64,000 nt of DNA, from the sequence record KC801932, one strand, 5' to 3'. Positions 48,921 to 57,264 of the stretch are shown in pieces. The notes under the pieces are model-generated. The model saw only the letters and a list, made by a program, of their open reading frames with translations. It ran no database searches and was not told the origin of the DNA. Source of the DNA: Escherichia phage Lw1. A program made the translations under genes and the position numbers. The number at the start of each line of letters is the position of its first letter. Position 1 is the first letter of the stretch.

Positions 48921-49269
48921 CAAAATGTCTGAATTGAAAGTAAAAGCATCTTTTGAATACGTGATTATCGAAGCAACTGCTCGACCGCAGGGTTCCGAAA
49001 TCGTATCATCAACTGGCATTGTAGTAGGTGTGCGTCAACAAGGGGAACAACCGTATTTTGGTAAAGTTGTTTCTGTAGGGCCGGAAGTACCGGAAGAAAA
49101 CGCAAAAGCCCTGTTGGGTAAAATGGTTCCGCTTCCACATGCTCAAATGGCGAATGTTCCAGATCCAGACCTGGTTGCTGGCTACATTTCCGAAAAAGAA
49201 GCAAAAGAGAAAGAAACGAAATACGTTTCTGCACATTACAAAGCTGTTCAGGCAATTTACGAGATCTAA
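48913..49269 (+). CDS. 31: co-chaperonin (GroES-like)
   Basis: 118 aa; between cd and rIII as in T4; GroES-like size. Confidence 0.65.
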   Translation: MSNKMSELKVKASFEYVIIEATARPQGSEIVSSTGIVVGVRQQGEQPYFGKVVSVGPEVPEENAKALLGKMVPLPHAQMANVPDPDLVAGYISEKEAKEKETKYVSAHYKAVQAIYEI

Positions 49270-49271
49270 TC

Positions 49272-49523
49272 ATGGCTAAATCAATTCAAAGCATTATCGC
49301 TGATACCGTCAGCAAGTCCAAAAAACTGTTCGACAAAGGCGATATCCTGGAAGCTCCGGCACGTATCGACGTGATGGCAGCAATGATCATCGATGCGCAT
49401 CAGGGTAAACTGAAATCTCGTGCCGATGAAGTCATGGCATATGTTGTCCAGTTTGAAGACGTATGCAAATACGCGAAGGGTGTAGACCCGCTGGTACAAG
49501 AGATCTACCGTAAGCAATTCTAA
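49272..49523 (+). CDS. rIII: rIII-like protein
   Basis: 83 aa (T4 rIII 82) directly after gene 31; positional. Confidence 0.5.
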   Translation: MAKSIQSIIADTVSKSKKLFDKGDILEAPARIDVMAAMIIDAHQGKLKSRADEVMAYVVQFEDVCKYAKGVDPLVQEIYRKQF

Positions 49524-49529
49524 AAATTT

Positions 49530-49607
49530 GGCCCCTTAGCTCAATTGGTTAGAGCGAACCCCTCATAAGGGTGTGGTTTCCGGTTCAAGTCACGGAAGGG
49601 GCCACCA
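49530..49607 (+). tRNA. tRNA with CAU anticodon (Met or lysidine-dependent Ile)
   Basis: hand-folded: 7-bp acceptor stem GGCCCCT/AGGGGCC, D-arm GCTC..GAGC, anticodon loop CUCAUAA, T-loop TTCAAGT, encoded CCA; one A-G mismatch in anticodon stem and one G-A in T-stem. Confidence 0.6.
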
Positions 49608-49760
49608 AATCAGGGTGCTGGCGCAATGCCGTTAAATGGTTCCGAATATGCAACCTTATCCATTGGATAGGCTCTGTTGGTATCGGGTAATAGGTTCCCC
49701 GGAATGCGGGGTGAAGTAAAGAAACTTCCAGCCCATCAAATTAACTTAAAGAGAAATGAA

Positions 49761-50192
49761 ATGAATACATCTGGTCTGATTACCCTGTTTAAACTGGCTC
49801 CGAAAATCCGTGCTGTTATTGCCTCGCGTTCAGAAGATCATCTCAACGCAGGGATCATGCAAGTATTTCAAGAAGAAATTCCTGATTTTGAACGTGTGTT
49901 CGGTGATGCGCTTACCGCATATTCTACACAGGGTTATCTCGCTGCACCGTTAGTGAACGACCCCAACGCATATCGACGGACATATTTCAACTGGCAGATC
50001 ATTACGCTGGTTAAGCGTAGCGGTATTACTCCGACAAACTACCAGCTTTTAACAGTTGACGCGTCGAAGTTTTTAATCCAATATCTGATGACAGGTGGAT
50101 TCAAAAACGAACTCGTACCTGTGGATAACGATGCGTTAATCAGAGAATTCGACGACGCAAAAAATCTAATCGAATCATTGAAATCTATGTGA
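49761..50192 (+). CDS. hypothetical protein
   Basis: 143 aa from ATG (MNTSGLI); track N-terminal extension covers the tRNA region. Confidence 0.5.
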   Translation: MNTSGLITLFKLAPKIRAVIASRSEDHLNAGIMQVFQEEIPDFERVFGDALTAYSTQGYLAAPLVNDPNAYRRTYFNWQIITLVKRSGITPTNYQLLTVDASKFLIQYLMTGGFKNELVPVDNDALIREFDDAKNLIESLKSM

Positions 50193-50199
50193 GGTTTAT

Positions 50200-50481
50200 A
50201 TGAAGTTCCGTAAATATGATAGTCGCAATCATAACAGGTATGACGAAAGCTGTTTTATACCAATGAGCGCAAAAACATTTAAAGAGCGGTATGGGTATAG
50301 CTTTACTGAATGGAAATCTGAGTTAGATAAAGACGATTATCGTCGTAACTTTAAATTCAGTGAATGTTATTGTGACGATGATCCATATGATCAAGATATA
50401 TACGGGACAACAACACCTATCATTGAACGAACGATTGACGAACTTTATGATTCTGTTTGTTTGTCAGCAGACGAAATTTAA
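50200..50481 (+). CDS. hypothetical protein
   Basis: 93 aa; followed by terminator. Confidence 0.5.
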   Translation: MKFRKYDSRNHNRYDESCFIPMSAKTFKERYGYSFTEWKSELDKDDYRRNFKFSECYCDDDPYDQDIYGTTTPIIERTIDELYDSVCLSADEI

Positions 50482-50486
50482 TCAAC

Positions 50487-50512
50487 AGGCTATCTTCGGA
50501 TAGCCTTTTTTC
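50487..50512 (+). terminator. intrinsic terminator (AGGCTATC-TTCG-GATAGCCT + T6)
   Basis: 8-bp stem, UUCG loop, T-run. Confidence 0.7.
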
Positions 50513-50522
50513 TGGAGAAACT

Positions 50523-51092
50523 ATGCGCTATTTAAAATACGCAAGCTGGATCTTACTGGTTCCGGTAGACATTATCACAGGTATCCTGGCTATCTTGCTG
50601 GCCCCCTTCGTGGTTCCGTTCTATGACGAAAAAGTAGGACATTTGCCTAAAGGGTTCCGATGGATGGAAACCTACGACAACCCGATCGATGGTGACGGTG
50701 GACACATCGAACGCTGGAAAGATATTCGAAAATGGGGCGCTGTCGGTGTCTATGCTCAACGTGTAGCATGGCTATGGCGTAACAAGGCGTATAACTTCGC
50801 GTATCACGTGCTGGGACGTGAGTCTATATCACACACCTACTGGAAAGGAAACAAACTGGTAGACAGCAGTTCAAGCGATCCTAAACATCACGGCTTCCTG
50901 GTGATGTGGAACGAATCTGCATGGGGTGTGTTCGGCTTCGTGCCGTGGCTACGGGTGCATAACATTCAATTCTGTCTGCGTGTCTATTGCGGGTGGAAAC
51001 TGAAATCAGAAGTAAACAACCCAGACAACAAAGACCGTGTGATGCTGGCATTCCACATCAACCCGTTCCGGTTCTATAAGGTAAACACATGA
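50523..51092 (+). CDS. membrane-anchored hypothetical protein
   Basis: 189 aa from ATG (MRYLKYASWILLVPVDIITGILAILLAPFVV). Confidence 0.5.
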   Translation: MRYLKYASWILLVPVDIITGILAILLAPFVVPFYDEKVGHLPKGFRWMETYDNPIDGDGGHIERWKDIRKWGAVGVYAQRVAWLWRNKAYNFAYHVLGRESISHTYWKGNKLVDSSSSDPKHHGFLVMWNESAWGVFGFVPWLRVHNIQFCLRVYCGWKLKSEVNNPDNKDRVMLAFHINPFRFYKVNT

Positions 51093-51367
51093 TCGAAGAT
51101 ATCAAGGGGTATAAACCCCATACCGAAGAAAAGATTACGATTGTAAATCGTATCAAAGCAGTTGAAAATGAAATGGGTGCAATCCTCGATGATCTGGATA
51201 AACGATATTCAGGAGACTATGCGTGTTCAGATCTGGAATCACACACAGAAAAAGAACTTGATGAAATGCTCGAACGCACACATCAAATTCAACTGGCAAA
51301 AGACCGACTGAAAGAAGCCTCTATGTGGGCGTGTCGTGCGGTATTCCAGCCAGAAGAAAAGTATTAA
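51089..51367 (+). CDS. hypothetical protein
   Basis: 92 aa. Confidence 0.5.
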   Translation: MIEDIKGYKPHTEEKITIVNRIKAVENEMGAILDDLDKRYSGDYACSDLESHTEKELDEMLERTHQIQLAKDRLKEASMWACRAVFQPEEKY

Positions 51368-51371
51368 AACC

Positions 51372-51402
51372 AAGCCGTTGCCGAAAGGTAGCGGCTTTTT
51401 TC
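51372..51402 (+). terminator. intrinsic terminator (11-bp stem, GAAA loop, T-run)
   Basis: AAGCCGTTGCC-GAAA-GGTAGCGGCTT followed by TTTTTTCGTTTTT. Confidence 0.7.
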
Positions 51403-51422
51403 GTTTTTATGAAAAATAATGC

Positions 51423-51451
51423 TTGCATCAAATACGGCTTTCTTGTATCTT
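51423..51451 (+). promoter_or_regulatory. sigma70-like promoter (-35 TTGCAT, 17-bp spacer, -10 TATCTT)
   Basis: read directly; upstream TGCTTG resembles a MotA box; about 40 nt before the GAGGA/ATG of the 51493 gene. Confidence 0.45.
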
Positions 51452-51492
51452 TAACCACGTAGGCAAGACAACTTAACTTTGAGGATGACATT

Positions 51493-51783
51493 ATGAAAAC
51501 TTACAACATGAAAGACCTGGTTTGCTTCAAAACTCGCCGTGAAGCCCGTGCGTATGTTTTGGCGGCTGGTAAGAATACCTCTGCTGTAATCGACCTGGGT
51601 ACTGATAAAGAGGTTGGTGCTCGTTGGGCCGCTGTTGTGGTTATCGCTGTCCCTGTTACCCCTGCTAAAACTCTGGTTCTGGGTGCTCGCAACAGCGAAA
51701 CTCTGAACACCAGCACTTGCAATAACAGAGGCGTTCATAGTGTCAAAGTGTTCAAACGTCGCAGCATTGGCGCGAGGGTTTAA
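51493..51783 (+). CDS. small basic protein with strongly optimized codon usage (internal-protein-like candidate)
   Basis: 96 aa beginning MKTY; codons almost all CTG/CGT/GGT/GCT/GTT/AAA/GAA, like gp32; GAGGA SD. Confidence 0.55.
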   Translation: MKTYNMKDLVCFKTRREARAYVLAAGKNTSAVIDLGTDKEVGARWAAVVVIAVPVTPAKTLVLGARNSETLNTSTCNNRGVHSVKVFKRRSIGARV

Positions 51784-51786
51784 ACA

Positions 51787-52014
51787 ATGAGTTCTATTAA
51801 CACAGAAAAAGATTTTGTGATGTTTGTCGGGGTACAGACTGTAAAGAAAGATATCTTCGGTAAACTGTACCTGTCAAACGACGATCGCAACCCTGCATCA
51901 TTCGAAACCGATGAAGATGCATATATCGCGAAGAACATCAGCGATAATGAAGACATTCGCCAATATGCGCGGATCTATAACCGTGAAGTAACAACCCGTC
52001 TGGAGAGAGCGTGA
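51787..52014 (+). CDS. hypothetical protein
   Basis: 75 aa. Confidence 0.45.
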   Translation: MSSINTEKDFVMFVGVQTVKKDIFGKLYLSNDDRNPASFETDEDAYIAKNISDNEDIRQYARIYNREVTTRLERA

Positions 52015-52244
52015 TGAAATACATTCTCGAATATCATGAGCATCAAATAACAGAACCAATGATCGATAAGATGCGGTGTTATAACCAAAACATCATCAGC
52101 ATCAAACCGCTGTCAGTATATCGTGAATTTGTGGGATACTCCTTCGCGATGTACACAAATTCCGAAGATGACGCAACCGCTTATCTGAAAAGTATCGGTG
52201 CAATCTTCGACAAATTCGACAAAGTATGGAAGGTAGGTTTCTAA
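52011..52244 (+). CDS. hypothetical protein
   Basis: 77 aa. Confidence 0.45.
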   Translation: MMKYILEYHEHQITEPMIDKMRCYNQNIISIKPLSVYREFVGYSFAMYTNSEDDATAYLKSIGAIFDKFDKVWKVGF

Positions 52245-52405
52245 TGAAACAATATTTTATTGAAGCGGCAGATCGTATCGTTCTGGCTATGCTGAACTGG
52301 AACCGTCGTCAGGATGTTTCTATCATGGCATCAACCAACGGGACAACATACGACCGTTATGATCCGGCGCGTGGACTCCATGAACCCTATGAGGTGAAAG
52401 AGTGA
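52244..52405 (+). CDS. hypothetical small protein
   Basis: 53-aa ORF absent from track (MKQYFIEAADRIVLAML...); ATGA-type overlap with upstream gene. Confidence 0.3.
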   Translation: MKQYFIEAADRIVLAMLNWNRRQDVSIMASTNGTTYDRYDPARGLHEPYEVKE

Positions 52406-52706
52406 ATGTCGAAACGATGGATGTAATGTTGGTCATTGTATCTTTTATTTTGGGTTATTGGGCGGCATCATGAAATACTATGGATTCAAAACGAGTCATT
52501 TCGGTAAAGCATACCGCACTGACAACATCGATCGCAAACGTCCGTACTATGATTCCCTTGTACGTGCAGGGCGCAAACGTGCTCGCCAGGAAGGGAAGAA
52601 GCAAGGAGAATCCGAGCTATGAACTGGAAACAAATAGTCGGAATTATTGCAGGTGTTATCATCGGACGCGGTTTGTATGATCTAATCTTTTCGGCGGGGG
52701 TTCATT

Positions 52707-53147
52707 GTGGACATTGGTTCGGGTAGTCAATATCCATCATGTGCATTGAGCAACTTCGCCCCGCATCCGTTCACTTTTGACGGGGTAGAATGTGCATCAA
52801 TGGAGGGTTTTTTACAAAGCCTGAAATACAGCAACCCAGATATGCAAGCGCATGTGTGTACTCTGGTAGGTAAAGCCGCCAAGTTCAAAGGCAAGAAAAA
52901 GAAATGGTATCGCGATCAGACCCTATACTGGAAAGGTACACCGATTCACCGTGAGTCCGAAGCGTATCAGATTCTTATCGAAAACGCGTACAATGCTCTT
53001 TTCCTGAATGACGGGTTTCGCCGTGCGTTGAAAGCAACCGGAAAAAGCACCTTGACTCATTCAATGGGAAAGAATAAGATGAATGAAACAGTGCTCACCG
53101 AACGTGAGTTTGTTCGAAATTTAACCCGACTAAGGGATCTGCTATGA
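52707..53147 (+). CDS. NADAR-domain protein (YbiA-like, DUF1768)
   Basis: 146 aa; N-terminal YPSCALSNFAPHPFTFDGVECASMEGFLQSLKY fits the NADAR signature; GTG start. Confidence 0.7.
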   Translation: MDIGSGSQYPSCALSNFAPHPFTFDGVECASMEGFLQSLKYSNPDMQAHVCTLVGKAAKFKGKKKKWYRDQTLYWKGTPIHRESEAYQILIENAYNALFLNDGFRRALKATGKSTLTHSMGKNKMNETVLTEREFVRNLTRLRDLL

Positions 53148-53353
53148 TTGATTATTCAGTCATTCAAATGTATACCGGGAACTGGCGACTGTTTTATTAT
53201 TTTCGTTGGTTTCCGTGGTATAAATGGACCCCGACCTTCGGTGACGGTTGCGGAAATGATACTGGTATTCCGGTTGAATACAACCAAAAGAATGATGTTA
53301 TTGATTGGCATCGTAAGAACGAACAACTAAAAGAAAGGTTGAAATTATTATGA
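53144..53353 (+). CDS. hypothetical protein
   Basis: 69 aa, Trp/Tyr-rich. Confidence 0.45.
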   Translation: MIDYSVIQMYTGNWRLFYYFRWFPWYKWTPTFGDGCGNDTGIPVEYNQKNDVIDWHRKNEQLKERLKLL

Positions 53354-53556
53354 TCTATTTCGCAATCGTGGTTGGTGTCTTGATATACCTTGCTATTGGT
53401 GTATACTGTGCAGCACGGTTTACCTGGTGTTTTGGTGTAAGTCATAACGGCTACCATACATTCTGGGGTACTGTGTTACAATATACCATTTTCCCGTTGA
53501 TTGTGCTGTTTTGGCCTTTCTTCGCGTTGTGGTTCATTTTTGCATTATTTGTTTGA
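53350..53556 (+). CDS. small membrane protein
   Basis: 68 aa, two TM helices. Confidence 0.5.
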   Translation: MIYFAIVVGVLIYLAIGVYCAARFTWCFGVSHNGYHTFWGTVLQYTIFPLIVLFWPFFALWFIFALFV

Positions 53557-53563
53557 GGTTATT

Positions 53564-53827
53564 ATGAGTGATGAAAGAGTAACATGTGCGTTCTTGTTCA
53601 AAGGCGCGATTAACCCGCTGGCATTACTCCATGCACAGGGTGCTTTGAGTTCTACCCTGATTATGGGTGTTGTCTATAAAGCGGGTGTGTATTACGTCAC
53701 AATTGGCGCAAACAACATGAACGTAATCAACAGCTATGTTGAAAAGTGTAATGTTAAAGGCATTGTGTTTAACAAAGTTGAAATGGATGTTCCTGGTTTC
53801 GACGCTGTTTATATGTACAGGGGTTGA
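53564..53827 (+). CDS. hypothetical protein
   Basis: 87 aa from ATG (MSDERV). Confidence 0.45.
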   Translation: MSDERVTCAFLFKGAINPLALLHAQGALSSTLIMGVVYKAGVYYVTIGANNMNVINSYVEKCNVKGIVFNKVEMDVPGFDAVYMYRG

Positions 53828-53828
53828 T

Positions 53829-54050
53829 ATGAGTTATGTAGTGTATTTTGACTGTTCGGATCTCGACCCGTTTGTTCTGCAACAGGCGAAGAAATACCAT
53901 CAGGATATCGTTGGCATCAGTGTAACAAATGATGATATGCTGTGCATTGAATTTGATTATTATCGTACATTCGAACGTGATTATTTCATGGGTGAACTGA
54001 ACGCGTTCAAAAGTACCCTTTTCTTTGATCGTTATGAGGTTAAATCTTGA
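53829..54050 (+). CDS. hypothetical protein
   Basis: 73 aa from ATG (MSYVVYFD). Confidence 0.4.
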   Translation: MSYVVYFDCSDLDPFVLQQAKKYHQDIVGISVTNDDMLCIEFDYYRTFERDYFMGELNAFKSTLFFDRYEVKS

Positions 54051-54664
54051 AACCAGTTATTCTTACCGATATTGACGGGATCGCCGTAAAATGGCAAAGC
54101 GGCCTCCCGTTCTTTTTGTCTAAACACAATATGCCTACTGATATTGCTCTGGACATGGTCACCGATGAAAGATTTCGTGATATGACCGAAATATTCGGGT
54201 GTGATCACCAACTGGCTAAAATCCTGATGGAAGAATATAACAACAGTTCGTTTATTCGCTATCTAAGCGCGTATGACGATGCGTTAGTTGTGATCAACCG
54301 TCTGAAAGCCAAATATGATTTCGTCGCTGTCACGGCGCTGGGAACCACTCCTACGGCAAGTCTGAACCGTATTGCAAACCTGAACACATTGTTCCCGTCT
54401 GCATTCAAAGAAGTGATGGTCGTCGGACATGGTGAAACAAAAACACATCGTTACCTGGAAGCAAAAGCCAAATACGGATCGCGGTTGGTTTGCTTTGTTG
54501 ATGACCTTGCGGTAAACTTAAACGAGTGTCATAACGTCATCAGTCAGTTGCCGTTATTTCACATGTTGCGTGGTGAACGTGAACAACCAAATGTTCCGCA
54601 CAGTATCGTAAAATCATGGTTTGAAATTGAAGAGAAATTAGATGATCTTATCAATATTGAATGA
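54047..54664 (+). CDS. HAD-superfamily hydrolase-like protein (possible 5'(3')-deoxyribonucleotidase)
   Basis: 205 aa; N-terminal ILTDIDGI resembles HAD motif I; C-terminal VDD. Confidence 0.5.
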   Translation: MKPVILTDIDGIAVKWQSGLPFFLSKHNMPTDIALDMVTDERFRDMTEIFGCDHQLAKILMEEYNNSSFIRYLSAYDDALVVINRLKAKYDFVAVTALGTTPTASLNRIANLNTLFPSAFKEVMVVGHGETKTHRYLEAKAKYGSRLVCFVDDLAVNLNECHNVISQLPLFHMLRGEREQPNVPHSIVKSWFEIEEKLDDLINIE

Positions 54665-56165
54665 ACTTGCATCGACTCTGAAAACCTCAGAGAAGGAAGC
54701 AATTTTAAAACGTAATGCAAACAACCTATTGTTGAAAGAGATTTTCCGAATTACGTACACAAAACAGATTATGTTCTATGTGCGTAAGTTTCCCCAGGTG
54801 GACGGCAAACCAGGAACAACCCCGCTATCAAATGCAATCGCGGACCTGATGTCCGATTTAGCATCGCGGAAGTATACAGGTAATGCAGCCCGCGATCGCC
54901 TGATGGATATTGTGTCATCAGTAAACGAGAACGATCGCGAAGTGTTGCGCCGTATCATTAACCGCGATCTTGAATGTGGTGCGGGTACAACTCTGCCAAA
55001 CCGCGTATGGAAGAAACTTATTCCAGAACAGCCTCAATGCCTCGCTACGCCGTTTAGTGAAAAAGCCTTAAAACGTATTCGCTTCCCTGCTTACTCTCAG
55101 CTTAAAGCCGATGGTGCGCGTTGTATGTCGGATCTGTTAGAAGACCAGATTCGCAAAGCAACCCGCGCGGGAAATGAGTATACAGGTTTGGTTGATCTGG
55201 ATAAGGATTTGAAAAAGATCCGCGAATATCTGGGTTATGATGTTGTGCTGGATGGAGAATTGATTTATGTCCCTGGTGGAAAATCCGTTGAAGTTCCTGT
55301 GTCTCCTGTTACGTTTAGCCTTGCTGGGTTTATGGGCGATGACGATGATTCTGTTACTGACTTTGTGGCTGATGTTAGGCGGGAAGCCACCGAGGGAGAA
55401 AAACAGGAAGAGGCGAAACGCGAAGAAGGAAACGGAATCGTAAACAAATCCCTGAAAGGCACTATCAGCGACGAAGAACAACAGAACATCGTTTATGTTG
55501 TCTGGGACATCATACCGTATGAAGTTTATTATGGTGATGCTCCGAGTGTTCAGCCTTACAAAGATCGCTTGTCTATCCTTGATGGTGTTATCGCTGGCAC
55601 TGGTGTAACATCGGTTCAGTTGATTCCTTCTATCCTGGTGCAAACCATCGCGGAAGCAAAACAGGATTACAACAATTACCGCAATGACGGTAAAGAGGGT
55701 TCAATCCTGAAAAACGTTGATTTCGTCTGGAAGGATTCACGCGTTGCGGATCAGGTTAAGTTGAAGAACAAAACCCCGATCGAACTACGAATCATCGACG
55801 TATACGCGCACACCAAAGAACCTCATAAGGTCGGCGGGTTTGTTGTTGAGGACTTATCAGGAGAAGCCAGGACGAACACAGGTTCCGGTTTAACTGATAC
55901 AGACTACCGTTACGATGAAGACGGTGTTACCCGCGTGTATATCCCGTTAGACGAACGTGGAGAACTGGATCGCGAGTATATCATGACGAACAAAGATGAC
56001 TATATTGGCGCTATCGTCGAAATGGAAGTTGACGGACTCCAGAAGTCTAAAACGCGTAAGAAGGGCGAACCTGAATACAGTTTCTTCTTGCCAATCATCA
56101 AGAAGATTCGACGCGATAAGACGGAACCTGATGATATTCATGTGGTTTTTGCCGATCTGTTTTAA
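54642..56165 (+). CDS. 30: ATP-dependent DNA ligase
   Basis: 507 aa; N-terminus MILSILNELAS parallels T4 gp30; adenylation motif LKADGARC. Confidence 0.9.
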   Translation: MILSILNELASTLKTSEKEAILKRNANNLLLKEIFRITYTKQIMFYVRKFPQVDGKPGTTPLSNAIADLMSDLASRKYTGNAARDRLMDIVSSVNENDREVLRRIINRDLECGAGTTLPNRVWKKLIPEQPQCLATPFSEKALKRIRFPAYSQLKADGARCMSDLLEDQIRKATRAGNEYTGLVDLDKDLKKIREYLGYDVVLDGELIYVPGGKSVEVPVSPVTFSLAGFMGDDDDSVTDFVADVRREATEGEKQEEAKREEGNGIVNKSLKGTISDEEQQNIVYVVWDIIPYEVYYGDAPSVQPYKDRLSILDGVIAGTGVTSVQLIPSILVQTIAEAKQDYNNYRNDGKEGSILKNVDFVWKDSRVADQVKLKNKTPIELRIIDVYAHTKEPHKVGGFVVEDLSGEARTNTGSGLTDTDYRYDEDGVTRVYIPLDERGELDREYIMTNKDDYIGAIVEMEVDGLQKSKTRKKGEPEYSFFLPIIKKIRRDKTEPDDIHVVFADLF

Positions 56166-56184
56166 ATAGCACTTTTTGTTTAAA

Positions 56185-56219
56185 AAGCCCTTGCATACGT
56201 GCGAGGGCTTTGTTATATT
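56185..56219 (+). promoter_or_regulatory. terminator hairpin with embedded promoter (-35 TTGCAT in stem, 17-bp spacer, -10 TATATT)
   Basis: AAAGCCCTTGCA-TACG-TGCGAGGGCTTT hairpin after ligase; -10 begins the 38-nt leader that recurs identically at 10825..10862. Confidence 0.5.
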
Positions 56220-56256
56220 ACACACATCGAAACGAAACAGACAAAAGGAACATCCC

Positions 56257-56529
56257 ATGCAAATCACTAAAGAACTCGAAGGCAAAGTAATCAACCTGAC
56301 ATACCGTGCGCGTTTTGAAAAACTGGCTAATGGTGGCGAATCTTTGGGTGAAGCGGTAGCGTTATTCGAAAGACTTCGGGTTAAACGTGTTGTTGATGGT
56401 TGGGTTATTGCTCTCCCTGTTGCAGATGAAGATAAAGCAGTATATGACCCAGTTGCCGATTCATGGGATATTGAAATCTGTTTAGTTAACGTTGAAGTAG
56501 AACTTTGCTTCGAAGAAGAAAATAATTGA
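56257..56529 (+). CDS. hypothetical protein
   Basis: 90 aa from ATG (MQITKELEG) after AAGGAA; track N-terminus is translated leader. Confidence 0.5.
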   Translation: MQITKELEGKVINLTYRARFEKLANGGESLGEAVALFERLRVKRVVDGWVIALPVADEDKAVYDPVADSWDIEICLVNVEVELCFEEENN

Positions 56530-56596
56530 AATAGTTCTTGTATTGTGTGTAGGGTAGTGTGGTATCTTACACACATCGGAACAAAGGAGAGACACC

Positions 56597-56887
56597 ATGA
56601 AAAATAAAGAATACGACCCAGCAGAAATTAAAGAACGGTTATCAGTAGCAAGGAGATTCCTTGAATCTATCGATCCAGATAAACTTGGAAAACTCCCAGA
56701 CACGATTTGTTTAAATTGTGGTCGCTGTGTGTTGGTTGGTAAATGTTGCGACAACCCAAACATTGTCGTCATGGAACGGAAAGAAGTTTCGCCGGAAGTG
56801 TGGGATAAGATTCAGGAAATCATCAAAAACCCTCCAGAACCAACGAAACGTTTACGAGAACTTATGAGCAAGGAATACACGTTATGA
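56597..56887 (+). CDS. hypothetical Cys-rich protein
   Basis: 96 aa; CLNCGRCVLVGKCC cluster; AAGGAG before ATG. Confidence 0.5.
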   Translation: MKNKEYDPAEIKERLSVARRFLESIDPDKLGKLPDTICLNCGRCVLVGKCCDNPNIVVMERKEVSPEVWDKIQEIIKNPPEPTKRLRELMSKEYTL

Positions 56888-57264
56888 AAAATGAACCAAG
56901 CAAGACTGTACGCCTTATCCGTTGGGAAGGCAACGAACTCCGTTATGAAGACGGCGACCGCGAATTCGTTCATGAAATGCTGGCGCATAATCTGGGATTG
57001 AAAAACGCTAACCTGGTGCAGATGCAGCAGACAGCAGATCCTGACACATGGCAATGTGTTATTGTTGAACTGAATCCTAACAAGGAATACACGGAAGATG
57101 AACTCTTTGTGCTTGTCCAGGACGTTCCAGCGCGTCAGAAATGTTTTATGATAGACATGCCACGGGAAAACTACGAGAACATCAAAAAAGCCCGTCAGAA
57201 GCCCAAAAACAACGTATTCGATCTGTTTATGGGCTATCATGAAGAACCACAAACAACGGCCTAA
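56884..57264 (+). CDS. hypothetical protein
   Basis: 126 aa. Confidence 0.5.
   Translation: MKNEPSKTVRLIRWEGNELRYEDGDREFVHEMLAHNLGLKNANLVQMQQTADPDTWQCVIVELNPNKEYTEDELFVLVQDVPARQKCFMIDMPRENYENIKKARQKPKNNVFDLFMGYHEEPQTTA

Noticed and set aside
49608-49760. Possible second tRNA after the tRNA(CAU)
   Set aside because: No acceptor-stem complementarity or T-loop consensus could be folded by hand; only a short hairpin.
51451-51738. Minus-strand ORFs 51451..51738 and 51501..51722
   Set aside because: Open antisense frames explained by the extreme codon bias of the plus-strand 96-aa gene.
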